Assembly: GCF_036365525.1 (NCBI RefSeq)
Contig: NC_090399.1
Span: forward strand, 18,665,408 to 18,729,407
Source: Heterodontus francisci
Lineage: Eukaryota
DNA length: 64,000 nucleotides
Direction of reading: 5' to 3'
The notes under the pieces were generated by a model. The model did not search any database. It worked only from the letters and a program-made list of their open reading frames with translations, and was not told the DNA's origin. The stretch's first letter is position 1. Each line of letters begins with the position of its first letter. Of the stretch, positions 37,585-50,923 are shown piece by piece. A program made the translations under genes and the position numbers.

Positions 37585-38581
37585 TGTTACAACCGGTGCA
37601 CTGTGTTTTCTAGTCCCACTTCTCCACAGGTAACAGCATATATTTAAATGTTTACCCAGTTACTGATGTGGTCAATCATATACTCTACTCTTTATACCAG
37701 AATAAAATAAACCAACCAGGTTTCTTTAATCAATAATAAAATTATAAGTTTATTATGGAACAAGTCCTAACCAGTAATGAAACAAAGCTTAAATACACAG
37801 ATTTAGATATGAAAGTTTCCTTTTACCTGAGAGCCTCACACACACACACACACCAGTTAACCGAAAAATAAAGATATTTCCTCTTTAGAGGTGTCTTACA
37901 CACAAAAAAGACAGAAAAGAATACTTTGACCAAATGCCCGCTAATTCTTGAAGATAAGGCAGAAGATATTGAAAGATGTCAGTTGTCCCTTTTCTCATTT
38001 GGCATCCCATATACGTATAGATGGCTGTCACTGGGATCTTTGTGGAACAGTAATTTTCAGGTACCATACCATTGAAGATCAATTTGGCAGGCTTCCAGGA
38101 GACATGTGGCACCAAGGGTTTCTGACAAGCTTTTCAGGAGAAATGAAGCATCAGTTTCTCCATTTCTTATACTTCATTCTCAGAATTTCTCAAAGAGATG
38201 GAAGAGGTTGTTGATGGTGACTGCTCTCTTGGCTGCTTTTCTCAACTGTTTCAAACCATTCACAGCCCAACACACTGCTCAAAGCGAAACCAAGAACAAT
38301 CTCAGGAGCCAAGCCTCCTGACCCCTATAAATCTTGACCTGTCACTTCTCAGTAAACATCTCCCCCAAGTCAAAAAACTCCAGCTGGATATTTATCTGAA
38401 AGCAGGTGACTACCATTAAATATTGTTTTCAAACAAGACCTCTCAGTGTCCTTTCAACGGCCCCAGTAAAAAAAACAAACATGGCATCCTTTTTAGTATT
38501 CCCAAGTAAAACAAAGTCCATAATTCAAAAATACGAGTTCTCAAAAAAAAATAGCAAAAATATAGAAACACCATCATAACA
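37585..38581 (-). mobile_element. Solo LTR related to the Gmr1-like LTRs
   Basis: TGTTA...TAACA termini; reverse complement of the LTR blocks (cctgtggagaagtgg.actagaa and gtcaagatttatagg.gtcaggaggctt). Confidence 0.85.
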
Positions 38582-40756
38582 AGATTAAACTTAATCCCTG
38601 TGTTTTAGTTATCAGGACCAATCAGTAATTATAAATTTATACTGCATTTATGAGTAATGAATTACAATGTAATGATGTAAATTTATTCCCGTGTATTGGT
38701 TATGATGTACAATTAAACAGTAACTGTAACTTTGTTTCCTTGTGTATTGGATATCAATAGCTTTGTACCCACGAGTGCTCGTTATCACAATGTAATTAAC
38801 AAATAACTCATATTACTAGACAGTGTATGTGCAATTGACTTTATTCCCCAACACAATATTTATCATTATCCAATATAATAATTAAATTAAATTTCCTGTT
38901 CCGGTGTACAATTTATCATATCAAGTATAAATAACTGCAACCTTTTCCCCTGTGTATTGCTTAATCCATCCAACTTTATAATTAATTAAAATGCTCTTAA
39001 CCAGTTTATTAGTTATTATGTACAATTTAAGAATAAACTGCAGTTATGAAATACATGCATTGGTTATCATGAACAATTTAACAATTAACTAATTTTATTA
39101 ATCAGTTTTTTTTTACATTCAATTGAACAATTAACTGTAGCATTATTCCCCTGCATATGGCTTATCTTCTCAAATTTAACAATTATTCCTCTGTGTATTG
39201 GTTCTCATGCCCAATTTGACCATAACTGTAACTTTACAACACCATGGATCTGTTATCAAGCCCAATATAACAATTGGCATAATCGTATTTCCAGGGCATA
39301 GTCATAGGTCAAATATTAGAATTAACAGAAACTTTATTAGTTGTATAGTAATTTGTCAAAACCAATAAGCAATTAATTCTTTATTTATTCCCTGTGTATT
39401 ATTTAGCTTGTCCAATTTAACAATCAACAGTAGCTTTGAACCCATGTACACTCAGCATCACAAACAATTTAACAGTTAACTAATTTTATTATGCATTGCA
39501 TACATAATCGACAAATTAGCTGTAAAATTGTTTCCCCGAGTATTGTTATAGTAATCCAGTATGATGATGAACTGTGATTTTATTCACCATCTAAAGCTTT
39601 CCATATCAAATTGAAATAACTGTTACTTTCCCCCACGTTTTTCTCAATATATCCGAATTTATAATTAATGTTAACGCTTTTAAACTGTGTATTAGTTATC
39701 GTGCATAAATTAGCATTTAGTATAGCTATGTACCACTTGCAATTTTAACAATATTTAAACTGTGTATTGGTTATTATGTTCGATTTAAAAACATACGGCA
39801 ATATTATTCCCTTGTGCATTGTTATCAAACAGAATTTAACATTTATTTGTCACTTCATTCCCTGTGTATTAGTTATCAGCTGGAATTTCCTAAATAACGG
39901 CAAAATTAATCCCTAGTGCACGGGCTATCGGGTGCAATTTCACAATTAACCGCAATTTTATTTCCCTAAGTGTTGTTTATTGTTATCCAATATGACAGTA
40001 AACTGTAATTTTGTGCACTCATCCGTAAGTTAGCATATCAAACTTAAATAACGTAATTTTTCCCGTGTGTGGACTCATTTGTCTGACCTTATTATTAATT
40101 ATAACGATCTTAACCTGTGTTTAATAGTGTCCAATTTAACAATCATTGTAGTGTAGCTATGTACTGCATGTTGTGGTTATCTGTAATTATCCCGTGTATT
40201 GGTAATCATGTCCAATTTAACAATATACTGTTATATTATTCCCCTGTGTATAGTTATCATTCCGAATTTAACAATTAATTATAATGTTATACCATGTGTA
40301 TTAGTTATCAGGTACAATTTCACAACTAAGTGTAGATTTATTTCCTGGTGTATAGGTTACAAAGGCTATTTAACAATTATATGCAAACCTTATTTCCAGG
40401 CGTATTTTATCAAGCTCAATGCATATGCTTGTACTAGTTATCCTGCCCAATGTCGCTAATAAAGTGCGATGGGGTCTTCCCGGATTCAAGGCTCATGGAA
40501 GGCTTCTCCCAGAGTTATTTTCCAGCGCCTCCCGCCTCCATCACCACCCCCCCCCCCCCCCCCACCCGCCACGACTCCCAACATTGAGTATCTGGTAAAA
40601 TTCAACCCATCGTGTCTGAGTTGTCAAGCCAATTTAAGAATAACTGTAACGTATTCCGCTCTGTATCAGTTATCAGATTTCACATTTAACTGTATTTTCA
40701 TTGCCCAGTTGTATCGTTATCGAGCACAGAGTAATAATTAACACTAACTTGATGTT

Positions 40757-43735
40757 GGGCTGAAGTAAAATTCTGCAGGAAGAGGCACGTCTCGAGCCAC
40801 AATGTTGAAAAGGGACCGCCACATATTACTGGCAGCAGGGGGACCTCCGTGCCGCCCTCTCCCACCCACACCGCTTGGTGGTGGCACACCAATTAGAATA
40901 TGTAAACGTACTTAACTCTGCAGATTATGCATCCTGCCACCTCTGGCTGCACATTTCGCATTATCCAAAGGGCGGCCGTCACATACCATCCCGTTCATGA
41001 ACAGAAAACCAGATGGGACAGCAGAAGTAGAAGTCTGGACAACGAAGGTGAGTCCAGAAATACAGGGGTCTGAACTCTGCATACTGGAAGGGAGGGGGAT
41101 TAGAGGGGTCTCACTCTGCATTCTTAAAGAGGGGAGGGATGGGGGATTACAGGGGTCTCACTCTGTATTCTGGCAAGGAAGAGGGAGGGGGATTACAGGG
41201 GTCTCACTCTGCATTATTAAACGGGGGAGGGACGGGGGATTACAGGGGTCTCACCCTGCATTCTGGAAGGAGGGAGGGAGGATTACAGGGATCTCACTCT
41301 GCATTGCATAAGGGAGGAGTGAGGGGAGATTACAGAGGTCTTGCTCTGCATTCTTAAAGGGAGGAGGGATGGGAGATTACAGGGGTCGCACTCTGCCCTC
41401 TTAAAAGGAGGAGGGAGATGAGGATAGCAGGGGTCTCACTCTGCATTCTTAAAGGGAGAAGGGAGGGTGTCTGGGATTACTGGAGGGAAAGCTCTGAAGG
41501 CATGAAGGGAGGTACTGTGTATTTTCCCCCGTAGATATTGTACACTCTGTGTTTGTTTGTGTGTGTGAAGGACCAATGGCACTCTAGTCACCCTGTGTTT
41601 GGGCAGGGTGACAGAAAGGGTACGAGTGTTAAGGTTATATGGATGGTGGGGGCAATTGATGCAGATGGTAGGATCTTGATGTGGTCATGCTGTGCTACTC
41701 TGAATGTTAGCCAAGATGGGCAATGCCATGCCACGCCATACAGTTGATCCATGAAAGCACCTGATGTACCCATCAATGCCAATCCCTTCCCTGCTAGGAA
41801 CCTTCGAATAAAAGAAGGATACAACTTTATTTATCACATGGAAATGGGTATGGCTCATCCTAGATTGTGTGCTCCGCTTCTCCTGAGGATCCGTATGCGC
41901 CAGATTCAAAACCGATAGGCAGGTGCCGTCCATGTAGAAGTCCACAGTCGTGAGCAGCAGCCCCCAAGGGGAACTCACCATTATGGTAGTCAGGCAACTA
42001 CAGGCCCCACATGACATGCCGTCGGATATCAGAGCACCAGTTTCCGAGACGATTTCGCATGTAGAGAGTGTGGTAACACGTCTCTGTGCCCTGCTCAAAG
42101 ATGACCTGCAGCCCATGGGCTTTGGTGGACATCCTATGCCTGCGGTCCTCATAATAGCAGCGGTTCTTCACCTTGACGCTTGTGCAGCAATTCAGTGGCT
42201 CACCGGCGACCTTTTTTGGGTCACACAGTCAGCAGTGCACCGCTGCATTAGGAAGGTCACCGATGCCCTGCACCGGAGGGCCAGTGCACATGGGTGAATC
42301 AGGACAGACTATCACAGCTAGGCCCAGAGGGCCATCAGTTTTGGCACCATTGCCGGAGAACCATTGATTTTGCAATGCACCCATATGGTCATCAGGGCTC
42401 CCTCCAGGCTACCACCTGCAGATACTACCAGTAAAGGAATCCTCTCAATCTAGGTGCAGCTGGTATGTGATCACCGGAGATGCTTCATGCAAATATGTGT
42501 CCGCTTCACAGGCAGCTGCCATGGCACCTGGGCACTGCGACAGTCCCAGCTGCCACAGTTGTTCAGTGACCTGGCTCAGCTGGAGGGGTGGCTTTGTGGA
42601 GACAAGTTCTACCCTTTCCAGACATAGCTGCTGACACCTGTGAGAGACCACACCACTGCTGCAGAGGAGAGATACAATGCCAGCTACTGAGCTACAAGAG
42701 ACACCATTGAGCAGGCAACCGGCATACTGAAAAAGCACTTCCAATGCCTGGACTGATCGGGCGATGCCCTGTACAATGGGCTGAAAAAGCCAGCTCCCAT
42801 TCTTTGCCACTGGCTGTGCTCTTCCAATAGGTGGCAGGCCTAGCATGATGAGGAGAGACGTCAGCAGGATTTCTTCACTGACTATGAGGACGCTGAGGAC
42901 CTACAACAGGAAAGGTGCATAGGAGGGCAGATGGCACCCAGGATCTGCATGCAGGGCTAGCAGTGAGCTAGGGCTGTACGGCAGTGGCTTGTCAGAGTAA
43001 AGTTCTCTGCTCCATAGGAACCTACATGAGCTCTGCAAGCCGCACATCACCCTTGCTCACCTACTTTGCAGCAGTCCACATCTGCAACATCTTTGCATCC
43101 ACCGTTACAGGGAGCAGAATACTGAGTCATTGTCCATATTATTGCATCTGTGGAGACACATGAGTGATACCTGCATGGCAATGATGTTATTCCATACATT
43201 GGCAGTTGTGAAAGGCCAATAATGCAATGGGAGGAGCCACGATTGGTACATGCTGGCACACTTCATTCACACAGTAAAAGCAACACACATGTTATGAACA
43301 CGATTTTGTTTTCGGCCTTCCTACATTGTTGTGTCACCCATGTAGACCCATTTGTGTCATGGTGTTTTTTGAAAACGCTTGTGGATGTTCCTACGCGGTG
43401 CCACTTCTGTGCTAGCAGCCTGATTGTAGGAAGGCTGCTGATATGATGGCCCTTTGACTGTGGATGACTTTGGCGGTTAAACCCTGTGCGCACGAGGCCT
43501 CAGGGACCCTGGCTGGCTGAGAAAGTGATCATTAATCCCCTGACAGCACCGGCCCCTTTGACACCAGATGGCTCCACGGCTACTCACCTCCTCTTCCATC
43601 TTCAGCTGCTTGCCTTGTTCAGGCGGGATGGCCTCTTCTTACCATTGCTGGTGAAAAGGACCTCCCGCCTTGCCCACACAGCTTGCAGAAGAATGAGCAG
43701 GGAGGATTCTGCCACCTTCCCCTGTATCACCCTCA
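40757..43735 (+). mobile_element. PIF/Harbinger element with a transposase relic (+, ~41800-42900), a convergent Myb/SANT-like ORF relic (-, ~43590-43720) and an internal ~45-bp minisatellite (41060-41520)
   Basis: GGGCTGAA start, collinear with 12060-15420. LCALLKDDLQPMGFGGHPMP...VHRCIRKVTDAL and SLLILLQAVWARREVLF...GKKRP. Right TIR not found. Confidence 0.85.
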
Positions 43736-44089
43736 ACTTTTGGTGTGGTGCTTTAAATGTAAATGTGATTTCACCGTGTAAATGCTCTAACCTCTGTATG
43801 CTAGATTTGTCTTGCAAATGTTTGAAAACCAATCCAGGACTAGTGAGGAAATCTGTGCTGCTGTTATGGTTTTTCAACTATTACACATTAACTCATGTTC
43901 ACAAACACTTTGCTTCTGCAGCAGCTGATCATAGTTATTGGTGCAATATTTCTCCTTGGCAATGCAGCTAGAATATGAACACATTTTCCAGTTAATATCT
44001 GTGGGTTAACCAGTCTGACCATGTTATTATCTGTGGGATTCCCAGTCTGACAATGTTCATCTCTGTGGGTCTTCCAGTCAGACAATGTG

Positions 44090-46612
44090 GGAAATTGGTG
44101 GATAAAAGCAATAAATGGGCAATTAGGAGAATTGGAGTAAGGAAATCAATAAATAGGGGCGATGAGGAGAGAACAGCAATAAATGGTAATTAGTCGAGAA
44201 CACCAATAAACGGGGAAATAGTGGGCAACAGCAATAAATTATGAATTAGTAGAGAACATCAATAAATAGGGAATTAGGGGAGAATGCCAGTAAATGGGGA
44301 ATTAGTCGAGAAAACCAATAAATGGGGAATTAGTTGAGAACACAATAAATAGGGAATTAGGGGAGAATGCCAGTAAATGGGGAATTAGTCGAGAAAACCA
44401 ATAAATGGGGAATTAGTTGAGAACACAATAAATGGGGAATTAGGGGAGAACACAATAAATGGGGCATTAATGGAGAAGACAATAAATGGGGAATTACTCG
44501 AGAAAAACAATAAATGGGGAATTAGGGGAGAACACAATAAATGGGGATTTAGGGGAGAACACCAATAAATGGGGAATTAGGGGAGAACACTAATAAGATT
44601 GTAATTAGTGGAGAACACCAGTAAACAGGAAATTTGTGGACAACGCCAATAAATGAGGAATAGGTGGAGTACATCAATAAATGGGGAATTAGTGGAGCAC
44701 ATCAATAAATGGGGAATTAGTGGAGAACAGCAATAAATGGGGAATTTGTGGAGAAAATCAATAAATGGAGAATTAGGGGAGAACGCCAATAAATGGAGAA
44801 TTAGGGGAGAACATCAGTAAATGGGGAATTAGTGGAGAACAACAATAAATGGGGAATTAGGGGAGAACACCAATAGATGGGGAAATAAGGGAGAACAATA
44901 GTAAATGGGGAATTAGTGGAGAACACCAATAAATAGGGATTTAGCAAGGAACAACACTAACTGGGCGAATTACGGAAGAACACCAATAAATGGGGAATTA
45001 GTGGACAACACCAATAAATTGGGAATAGGAGGAAACACCAACAAATTGGGAATTAGTGGATAACAGCAATAAAATTGCGAATTAGGGAAGAACAACAATA
45101 AATGGGACAATTGCAGGAGAAACCAATAAATGGAGAATTCCGGGAGGGCAGCAATAAATGGGGCGATTAGGGGAGAATGCCAAAAATGGGGCATTAGTGG
45201 AGAACACCAATAAATTGCATATTTAGCAGAGAACACCACTAACTGGGCGAATTAGGGGAGAACACCAATAAATGGGCAATTAGTGGAGTACACCAATAAA
45301 TGAGGAATTAGTGGGCCACATCAATAAATGGGGAATTAGTGGAGACACCAATAAATGTGGATTTAGGGGAGAACACCAATAGATGTGGAAATAAAGGAGA
45401 ACACCAGTAAGTGGGGAATTAGTGGAGAACACCAATAAATGGGGAATTACGGGAGGCCAGCAATAAATGGGGCAATTACGGGAGAATACCAAAAATGGGG
45501 AATTAGTGGAGAACACAAATAAATTGGGAATTAGTGGAGAACACCACTAAATGGGAAATTAGTGCAGAACATCAATAAATGGGGAATTATTAGAGAACAC
45601 CAATAAATGGGGAATTATTAGAGAACACCAATAAATGGGGAATTAGTGGAGTACACCAATAAATGAGGAATTAGTGGGCCACATCAATAAATGGGGAATT
45701 AGTGCAGAACATCAATAAATGGGGAATTAGTGGAGACACCAATAAATGTGGATTTAGGGGAGAACACCAATAGATGTGGAAATAAAGGAGAACACCAGTA
45801 AGTGGGGAATTAGTGGAGAACACCAATAAGTGGGATTTAGCAGAGAACACCACTAACTGGGCGAATTGGGGGAGAACACCAATAAATGGGGAATTAGTGG
45901 ATAACAGCAATAAATGGGGAATTACGGGAGGCCAGCAATAAATGGGGCAATTACGGGAGAATACCAAAAATGGGGAATTAGTGGAGAACACAAATAAATT
46001 GGGAATGAGTGGAGAACACCACTAAATGGGAAATTAGTGCAGAACATCAATAAATGGGGAATTATTAGAGAACACCAATAAATGGGGAATTATCGGAGAA
46101 CACCAATAAATGGGGAATTATCGGAGAACACCAATAAATGGGGAATTAGTGGAGAACACCAATGAATGAGGAATTGGTGGAGCACATCGATAAGTGGGGA
46201 ATTAGTGGAGAACAGCAATAAATGGGGAATTAGTAGAGAACTGAAATAAATGTGGAATTAGGGAAGAACACCAGTAAATGGAGAATTAGTCGAGAAAACA
46301 AATAAATGGGAAATTAGTGGAGAACACAATAAATGCAGAATAAGGGGAGAACACCAGTAATGGGGAATTAGTGGATAACACCAATAAATGGGGAATTAGT
46401 AGAGAACTGAAATAAATGTGGAATTAGGGAAGAACACCAGTAAATGGAGAATTAGTCGAGAAAACAAATAAATGGGAAATTAGTGGAGAACACAATAAAT
46501 GCAGAATAAGGGGAGAACACCAGTAATGGGGAATTAGTGGATAACACCAATAAATGGGGAATTAGTAGAGAACATCAATAAATGGGGCATTAGTGGAGAA
46601 CTCAATAAATGG
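44090..46612. repeat. 28-bp satellite, about 90 copies
   Basis: Unit caccaataaatggggaattagtggagaa, with block duplications such as ~46210-46390 versus ~46390-46565. Confidence 0.96.
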
Positions 46613-46614
46613 GC

Positions 46615-47870
46615 TGGAGGAGTTTAGAGAAATATGGAGGAGCGAGGCCATGGTGGGATTTGAAAACAAAGATGGATTTATTTAAATCCATATTTTGCTT
46701 GACTGGGAGCCAGGGATGGTGGGTGAACGGGTGAACGGGTGACTTGGTGTGAGTTCAGATATGGCAGCAGGGATTTGGATGACCTCATGTTTATGGAGAG
46801 CACGGTGTGGAACAGCAGCCAGTAGTGCAGTGGAATAATCAGATCTAGAGTTAACAGAAATATGGGTGAAGGTTTCAGCAGCAGAGAGCTGAGGCTGGGA
46901 AGGAGTTCGGTGAAGTTACAGAGGGAGAAATAACAGGTTTTAGTGATGGTACTGATATGTGATGGGAAGCTCATCTTGCCGTCAAATATGACACCAAGGT
47001 TGTGAACTGTCTGGTTCAGCATCAGACAGTTACCAGGGAGATGCAGGAGTGCGTGGCTCTGGAGTTTATAGCAGGGTTTTTTGGAGTAACTGGCTGATTA
47101 TTCAGAACTGGATGTCTGACAAGCAGTCTGATAATTTAGAGATGGTGGAGGTGTTGAGATAGGTTGTGCTGAGGTAGATCTGGGTGTGGTCAGCGTACAT
47201 GTGGGAAGTAATGCTGTGGTTTCATATTAGGTCACCAAGGGGAGCACATAAATAAGAAATAGGAGTGGATCATAGATCCTTGCGGGATACTAGAGGTAAC
47301 AAATTGGGAAAGGGAAGAGAAGTAATTTTGCGGAAATTCTCTGGCTACCGAGGGACGAGAAGTGATAGTTTAAATTAGTCACATGGGATGCCACTTGTGA
47401 CTTTGTGACAGGGCGGTAACCAGATTGAGGATGGACAAGAATGGAAGCAGGTGATAGCAGTCCCACCCAGCTGGACGACCGTGGAGAGGCATTGGAGCAG
47501 GACGGTGTGGTCAACCATGTCAAAGGCTTTATAAAGTTTGAGAAGGACGAGAAGGGGTAGTTTACATTTTGCACATTCACCTCGATGTCATTTGTGACAC
47601 AATATTTGTGATAAAAGCCTTTTTGTTATTGTGAGAGGCGTGGAAACCTGATTGGTGTGATTCAAACATGGAATTCCAGGACTGATGACACTGATCTTAG
47701 AGAGAACAACACATTTAAGGTCTTTGGAGTCAAAAGGTAGATTGTAGTTTGGGCAGTAATTTACAAGGACAGAGCGATAAAAACTTGTTTTTTTTGAGGA
47801 GACGGATGATGACGGCAGATTTGAAAGAAAGAGGGTCAGATCTGTGGCGCGAGAACTGTTACCAAAATAA
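46615..47870 (-). mobile_element. L2-clade LINE ORF2 fragment
   Basis: ORFs with LNQTVHNLGVIFD...HISTITKT (46678..47022) and NYCPNYNLPFDSKDLKCVV (47588..48046). Frameshifted. Confidence 0.8.
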
Positions 47871-48632
47871 GCTGATATGAAGATCAGGAAGAGGCTCGGC
47901 CCGTCCGTCCCAGCAACTGCAAAGCTAAGATGACCGGGCTGTTGGCTCCTGCACTGTTTCCGACCCCGCTCCATCACCCTGGGTATCATCCCGTGGCCCG
48001 AGCGCCTCAGCTGAGTTTGTCCAGATGCAAACTCCCCCCACACCACCGTGTGACTCAGAGAGAGAGAGAGAGAGAGAGAGAGCCGAAATGACTAGTCGGG
48101 GGAATGAAAGAGAGATGGACTCAATAAACAATTTCTAAAGAAAATAAAACAAATAATAATAATCAACTGAGACAAGAAGGTTCCCCACATCTACAGCAGC
48201 TTGCTTTTTAAAGAACCAGTTTTATTTTCTGAGCAGGTGTGAACACTTGAGAATCAAACCAGTGGTGGTGGAGGAGCGACTGTGGCTGCAGATTCCCCTC
48301 CTGTCCTATAGGGAGCGCTCTGATTCTCCTCATTCCCCATTTGTGCCCGATCCTCCAAAGGTCAGTTCTTGCAGGCCAGCTTGATGCTGTTTGGTGTGTG
48401 TGAACACCCCCCAATTCTGTACCACCACACACCTCCCCTCAAGTGAATTTCAGGTCATCCAGCTGTTGGTAACTTCCTGCCCACCGCCCCGCTGTTCCTT
48501 GAATTATGTCACCACCCACTCCACCACCCACCAGTGTATATAGGGTCATCTGGCTGTTGTCACCTCTTGCCCCTTGGGGTTAAATATTACCTTCATGGAC
48601 TGGAAATATTGGAACCGGCCTCTGGGTTGCTT

Positions 48633-49543
48633 TCAGTTGTTTTCTTTATTCATTAATTGAATGATAGATGTAACTGGATATTTCACCAAACTTTTGACCT
48701 GCTCTCTGAACTTGGATTGAGTCGCCCCATAAATAAATGTGTTTGTGCAGCAACTTAAATTCTGCAGCATAAATCCAACTTGTAGAAATATAATTTCAGA
48801 ATTATTGTAATCCCCAGCATCTGTTCCAGTAATGTTATAATATAAGAATTCTATAACATAAACCAACCACAGAAGTATGAAGCTGCCGGATATGGTGAAG
48901 AGTAAAATCATGGACTTCCTTCTGCTCTCCATCTCTGGGTCACTGTGATTCCCTCCCTTGCTCTGACCCCTCAGTCCCTTACGGGCTCGACTGGTCACTA
49001 AAATGTGTCTGACTATCAGAGCATTGAGCAACAGAATTAAAACAAACGGGATAAATGGGGTTAAAACCGTATCAAACCAATCAAATCCCACCCATCCCGG
49101 ATCAGTATAGCAGCTTGGCTTTACAGCACAGCCCCACGGTACGTTGTCAATTATCACTTCAGGTTCATATATAAAATAGAAAGGGATGTTTTTTGAACAG
49201 AACAGAAAGCAAGTTGTTGCTGGAACCAGAGCCGCAGTTTTCCCAGTGCAATATTTTGTTTTCAGCTTCTGGCAACAAATGGCCACAAATCGATCAAAGG
49301 TGAAAGTGACGGTGAACCAGACAGAAGAGTCTGTGGCTGTACGGCTCAGGACACTGATAACACTACATACAGGGGTGATGTACAGGAATGATCCCGGGAA
49401 ATAATAATAACTAATCCGCCACAGTATAATTTCAGTGATAATGACCAGTAGATCCGCCATTGCCATGGCCACCAGGTAGCGAGTGGTGCAGGTGGAGAGG
49501 CCGCATTTTCCCCGGGACAGGATCACAATTGCCAGTAAATTAA
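48633..49543 (-). CDS. GPR139-like: GPR139-like GPCR gene B, coding exon 2
   Basis: The same cttacag/TTAATTTACTGGC acceptor as gene A. 911 nt open; about 79% amino-acid identity to gene A exon 2 by manual count; DRF and NTFIY present. Confidence 0.93.
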
Positions 49544-50764
49544 CTGTAAGAGAGAGAGGGGAAAATAATCTGGAAATTACTGACAAAACATTCTCCGTGT
49601 CTGACCTAGGCAGTAAGGGCATGATTTTAGCCCCCAAAACAGGTGGGTTGGTGGCAGGGTCAGAGGTTAAAATTTTACAAATCTCAACCCCGATCATAAC
49701 CCATTTCTGACTACCCCCCTCCCCCCACACCCGGGTTTAACGGAGTCGGGACAGGGTACGGACAGCCAACTGCTCCCAGCAGGTGGGTTGACAATTAATG
49801 TTTTAATGAGGCTGAAAGTCTCTGATTTAATCTGTTTTACAGTTTAACCTCTGACCGGCTGGGTTTCCCCATTATGCCTCACGCCACCTGCGTAGACACC
49901 CGGGCTTGGCGATCAGAACAGTCTCCCCACTCCAGGAGCACCCCCTACTCACGGGATTGGTCCCCACCACACCTGGGAATGGATCCCCCTCCAGTCTAGG
50001 ACTTTCCCCAGGCTTGGGCCCTGTCCTGGGATCTGACTACTCTTCTGGGATTGGATTCATGTCTGGCTCGGACCCCATCTTCCAGGATCAGTCCACACAT
50101 CGTGTTTTGGGTCATGCACTCCCCAGCCCCATCCCCCTCCCCAGACTCGGACCAGGCACCAGTACAAATCAGTGCCGGTTAGAGCGCCACACTTTTTTTA
50201 TTATTCAATTGTGGAATGTGGGCGTCGCTGACTTGGCCAGCATTTATTTCCCATCCCCAATTGCCCACGAGAAGGTCGTGGTGAGCTGCCTTCTTGAACC
50301 GCTGCAGTCCTTCGGGTGTAATTACACCAACAGTGCAAGTGGTATGATACAACTGTTTGGCTTACTCGGCTGAGTCAGAGGGAATTTTTTAAGAGTCAAC
50401 CAGGTGTTCCACTCCGAATGGTGACCCACACTCAGGGTGATTTTGAGCAAACTGAAACTGTCACTAATACTGCCACTCAGAGTTACCTGCACTGAGGTCC
50501 GATTCAAACAATGCACAATGTTCTACTCAAGGCAATAACCTGATCATTCTGCAAACCTATGAGTTACAGAGCTTTAAAACCACAGAGGTACTTCAGAATA
50601 TTTGATTTAACAAACTGATATCACTGAACAGTGTTCAATTCACTGAAAGGTGTCAGCATATCGTACCCATTAGGTCAGCCATGTAATGTAATCACATACA
50701 GAGTAAAACCAGAGACCAGCTCACATACAGATTTACACGACCATCAATTGTTATTGTCACTCAC

Positions 50765-50831
50765 CAGGAACACCAATGCCGGCAAGGATTAGGAAATAAA
50801 TTTTCCTGATACTGTAAATTGTTTCAAGCAT
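50765..50831 (-). CDS. GPR139-like: GPR139-like GPCR gene B, coding exon 1 (MLETIYSIRKIYFLILAGIGVP + G)
   Basis: ATG at 50831, 67 nt, phase-1 donor CCTG/gtgagt. Intron 49544-50764 (1221 nt); spliced protein 325 aa. Too short for the ORF track. Confidence 0.88.
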
Positions 50832-50917
50832 TTTCTTTGTTAAGTGATCTCTTCCTTTGTGCTGCATACAATCTCTCTGTATTAAACTCTGAGGCGATAC
50901 ATTCCTCCAGCCTGTAA

Positions 50918-50923
50918 TTTATA
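50918..50923 (-). promoter_or_regulatory. Candidate TATA box of gene B
   Basis: GTATAAAT on the minus strand, about 90 nt upstream of the ATG. Confidence 0.45.

Larger units (their letters stand above)
27900..40750. repeat. Old AT-rich satellite, ~51-bp unit, in three blocks (27900-30009, 36857-37584, 38582-40750) separated by LTR insertions
   Basis: Consensus about aacaattaactgtaactttattccctgtgtattggttatcatgtccaattt; the period is visible at 40205, 40256 and 40307. Confidence 0.88.

Noticed and set aside
49544-49730. N-terminal extension of ORF 48633..49730, suggesting a single-exon 365-aa receptor
   Set aside because: It is intron sequence (MITE end and pyrimidine tract). The conserved acceptor at 49543 and the real exon 1 at 50765-50831 explain the gene.
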